From positions 1 through 49,360 of IMG/VR virus record IMGVR_UViG_3300023257_000002: 49,360 nt of DNA; one strand, written 5' to 3'. Below are positions 46,382 to 49,360 of the stretch, piece after piece. Source of the DNA: a virus (lineage: Duplodnaviria; Caudoviricetes). Each line of letters begins with the position of its first letter. Position 1 is the first letter of the stretch. The notes under the pieces are model-generated. The model saw nothing but the letters and a program-made list of their open reading frames with translations, was not told the DNA's origin and did not search any database. The translations under genes were made by a program, and so were the position numbers.

Positions 46382-46720
46382 GGGGCGACCAGAGGGAGCC
46401 CCGTTGTATTAGGCTAGCGGAGCTAGCCCTATTGGTGGTTATCTGGCTGGCTTGCCAGCCCTATTGCCAGCTGTGCTGGCTAGCTATGCAAGTGCAACTT
46501 GCCGGCATGCTTATGAAGCTGGTTTGTCTGGTCCCCAAACCAGATTGATATGCTTGACGAGAGCTTGCCAGCTGACTAGCTGTTAGCAAGCTTAGATATG
46601 AGAGCTGAGGTAGCCCACAGCTCTCTAAATCCCCTTAGAAGGCTTGTATGGGCTTGTATGGTGCCTTCTCCAATCCGGCTAGAACTATTATGCTGTTAGC
46701 TTGCAGCACGGCAAGCTAAC
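46382..46720. other. GC-rich cluster of about nine tandem hairpins, candidate origin or packaging signal
   Basis: GGCTAGC/GCTAGCC, GGCTGGC/GCCAGCC, GCCAGC/GCTGGC, CTGGTTTG/CAAACCAG, GAGAGCTG/CAGCTCTC, GTTAGCTTGC/GCAAGCTAAC and others. Confidence 0.7.
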
Positions 46721-47138
46721 GTTGGATATATATTTAAAGCTGTTGATTGGAGACAAATCCGTTCGCACATACAAAACGAACGGAATCTATAAATAGCAGA
46801 ATGATTTATCGAGGGGATGAAAGATAGAAGTTTAGTACTCTTGATTGTGGGAAAGATTTTATTTGAATTAGGTGATCTATAGTTGTGGTTTATGAATTGT
46901 AGACTCCTTCAAAACCTCTACATCAGTAATCTATAACTACATCTTTATTAAATGATGTGTGTACTCTCTATATATCTAGAGTAGCCATTACTAAAAAAGC
47001 CAAGCAAAAGCCAGAAATTCCCTTTAAGGTACAGCATCATCTTAGCTAGAAGAGCGCTGTAAAAGGGGTTTACCGTCGCTATTTTTATTATTATCTCATT
47101 ACCCATAACTATTTAAATAAGAGAACACACAAATAATT

Positions 47139-47348
47139 ATGGTAAATGAAGTGATCATTTGGGTTGTTGCTTTCTTGGTTGTTCTAGTGGTTTATTTGAT
47201 ATATGAAAATTTGAGGTTTAGAATGGATATTTTAAGGATTGAAGTTAAGGAATCTTTTGATAGGGTTTGGGATGATTTTAACAAAATTGGCGAATGGATC
47301 AGAGTTGTTGATAATAAACTGTTGGAGTTAAAGTATGGTAAGTCATGA
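47139..47348 (+). CDS. Single-TM protein
   Basis: 69 aa with TATA box at about -25. Confidence 0.65.
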   Translation: MVNEVIIWVVAFLVVLVVYLIYENLRFRMDILRIEVKESFDRVWDDFNKIGEWIRVVDNKLLELKYGKS

Positions 47349-47511
47349 AGAACGTAAACTTGAAAGACTCAGGCATTTGGAAAATGCAATTAAGAAAGTT
47401 AATGAAAGTGGGAAGGAATTAGATCAAGAGAAATTAATCAATCAATGTATTATGAAATGGGGAAGTTCTAGGAGAACAATTTTGGAATATTTGAAAGTTG
47501 TTAGAAGTTAG
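47335..47511 (+). CDS. Small HTH protein
   Basis: Manual translation ...KWGSSRRTILEYLKVV. Confidence 0.6.
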   Translation: MVSHEERKLERLRHLENAIKKVNESGKELDQEKLINQCIMKWGSSRRTILEYLKVVRS

Positions 47512-47695
47512 GACCACATTTTAAGCCTTTTAAACCCCCCGTCAAAATTGAGGCTTATTCTTAGCATCCTTCTTCTGCCTAGCCAACCTCAAGTAACACT
47601 TACTACACAAGCCAAGAGCACAATGCACCTTCACCTCTCCACATTCCTTACACTTAATTCTTCTTCCCATGACTATGAACCCTCAAATAGAGGGC

Positions 47696-47992
47696 TTAAT
47701 AATTAAATTTTAGTTTTTTCCCATCTGTCCAGTTCTCCATCTTTGGATTGAATGCAGGCCACAACTCCCATCCACCTTTCTCATTCAAACAAAATGTTTC
47801 TCCCGTTTCATTCCGATACTTTAATATCAGCGTCCCAGTAGAGATCATATGTCCCCATTTATACCTTTGAATCACTATCGGGCTGTTGTTGTGCTTGAAT
47901 GTTTCCCTCCATATTTTTTCGTCTTCCATCTTCAGTAGTCTCTTCGCCTGTTCAAGAACTTTCTTTACTGTTTTGACAATTTTCCCATTCAT
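47696..47992 (-). CDS. Hypothetical protein
   Basis: ORF; start may be MEDEK. Confidence 0.5.
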   Translation of the reverse strand: MNGKIVKTVKKVLEQAKRLLKMEDEKIWRETFKHNNSPIVIQRYKWGHMISTGTLILKYRNETGETFCLNEKGGWELWPAFNPKMENWTDGKKLKFNY

Positions 47993-48161
47993 TTTTTAAT
48001 CTTAATGGGCTTAATTGTTTGAACCTTATTAATTGGATTGAGAATTGTTATTTTTATGACTGTATCACTTTTTATATCATAATTATCAACTTCAATCTTA
48101 TCAACTTCAACATCCTTAATAGCATTCAAGACGTCTCTTACTTTATCAACATTTGCCATCA

Positions 48162-48581
48162 TCAATTAAAGGCTTCTTGGGCTTGTTTTACCAACTTAAT
48201 ACAAGTGTCCATTATTTTTCCGCCTGTTTCAGGTGCTTCATTTGTTTCAGTTATCAATGCTACAAAACACTCAACAGCTAAACCAACAGGGTCTTTCTCA
48301 TAAGCCGAACCTTTGACTGACTTCCTCTTTTCGCTTGGGTTAACTTCAATCTTCTCAGCCATAGGTGTGACATTGCTCGGAGCGAATGCTCGGATATTCC
48401 AAAAGTCTCCTGATTGCTTTGTCTCAACCTCACATTCAATATTAAGATTCTTCTCGATGTTAGCCGCAATCTCTGAATCCCAAACTGTATACTTAGATCC
48501 ATTGATTGTTTCGCAAGACCAAAACGTAGTCTTGCCTTCACGAGCAACTTTCTTAATGCTTGTTATTGTTATTTTTTCCAT
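48162..48581 (-). CDS. Possible OB-fold ssDNA-binding protein
   Basis: Beta-rich N-terminal domain YTVWD...GDFWNI; SD GAAAGGGG. Confidence 0.5.
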   Translation of the reverse strand: MEKITITSIKKVAREGKTTFWSCETINGSKYTVWDSEIAANIEKNLNIECEVETKQSGDFWNIRAFAPSNVTPMAEKIEVNPSEKRKSVKGSAYEKDPVGLAVECFVALITETNEAPETGGKIMDTCIKLVKQAQEAFN

Positions 48582-48837
48582 CTTTTAAACCCCCTTTCAA
48601 TCCCCGGCTAATCACTTGCTTCCAAGTGAGCCCGAGTTTTGCTTTAAGTATTAACATCCTCTTGAACTCGTAGTCCTCGAAGAATATGTTTAAGTTTTTC
48701 ATAGATATATATAGTATAGTTAGTATTTAAACCTTCCTATTAATCAAATTCTTTTAACAAATCTTTCTTGAAAATTTTATGTCTATTCTCACTAACGATT
48801 TCTATTTCCTCGTCGCTGATTTTATTTATTTCCATAA

Positions 48838-49360
48838 TTATACGTGCTTTGCGTGGCTTACATCATACCAATCCGAACCATCACAAACTAATGTGAATCC
48901 TCCCCAGCTATCGATAGTTTCATCTGTTCCCTCATGCATATAAATCTCTTGAGTTCCTACTCCTTCTAAATGTTCTAAAGTTAAATCGTTGGTTGCGTCT
49001 TTTCTTGCGATATGTAAATACTGCCCATCAACTCCACCTTTTAATCCCCCAAGAACTACATTTCCCCCAGCGGTTGTTACAAATAATATATTAATTCCAC
49101 TAACATCATAATCATCAGAACTCGCTGTCAGCGTCGATGTGTTTGATGATATTTTTCCAGTAACATCTAAATTACTATCCACTTCAACCTCATCATTACT
49201 CGAACTTATTGTAAAAACAGGACCAGTTGTTACTTTAAGTTGTCCATAAATATTACTTTCCCCAGTTGGATAACCATAAATCCTAAAATCTCTATTTTCT
49301 CCACTTGCGCTATCTTCAAAAACTCTAATTCCATCAACTAAGTTAGCACCTGGATTAAAT
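48838..49360 (-). CDS. C-terminal part of a fibre protein entering from the window end
   Basis: Frame is open from 49360 to the stop at 48838; the ORF-track start at 49182 is internal. Confidence 0.8.
   Translation of the reverse strand, partial: FNPGANLVDGIRVFEDSASGENRDFRIYGYPTGESNIYGQLKVTTGPVFTISSSNDEVEVDSNLDVTGKISSNTSTLTASSDDYDVSGINILFVTTAGGNVVLGGLKGGVDGQYLHIARKDATNDLTLEHLEGVGTQEIYMHEGTDETIDSWGGFTLVCDGSDWYDVSHAKHV
49262..49360. repeat. Left part of the origin-spanning repeat copy, including the 41-nt terminal overlap
   Basis: 49262-49360 equals 37599-37697; 49320-49360 equals 1-41. Confidence 0.97.

Larger units (their letters stand above)
37657..49319. mobile_element. Loop B: putative 11,663-bp minimal HK97-type virus or capsid-forming satellite
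   Basis: TerL, portal, MCP and fibre genes; higher GC and a different promoter motif from loop A. Confidence 0.7.

Noticed and set aside
46303-46548. 81-aa ORF as small terminase
   Set aside because: Wrong strand, runs through the hairpin cluster, no TerS-like features
49320-49360. 41-nt terminal repeat as proof of one complete circular 49-kb genome
   Set aside because: The overlap lies inside the 185-bp repeat that also occurs internally, so it does not distinguish one circle from two

Overview
A 49.3-kb contig that looks like two archaeal viruses joined together. The first and last 41 nt are identical. The host is inferred to be DPANN-like from TATA-box promoters, KKGQ/KKAQ class III signal peptides and sequon-rich exported proteins. 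A perfect 185-bp repeat (37599-37783 = 49262-49319 + 1-127) splits the contig into two loops. Loop A (1-37656, very AT-rich) resembles a spindle-shaped or enveloped virus. It has helical-hairpin capsid proteins, a Zot-like ATPase, large glycoproteins, a serine recombinase, a tRNA(CAT), three HNH nucleases and eight copies of the promoter motif ATCGATATTTATAAA. Loop B (37657-49319, 11.7 kb, visibly higher GC) is a minimal head-packaging virus with HNH, TerL, portal, scaffold, MCP and fibre genes, but no recognisable tail tube, tape measure or replicase. The most striking element is at 16.0-17.6 kb. An AbrB-like gene, a RAMP/Cas7-like gene and a partner gene are followed by four hairpin-separated arrays of strict 5-nt period (NGT-NN)n. 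This is a candidate RNA-guided, VIPR-like system with a non-contiguous guide code. All calls come from reading the sequence by eye; no searches were run.
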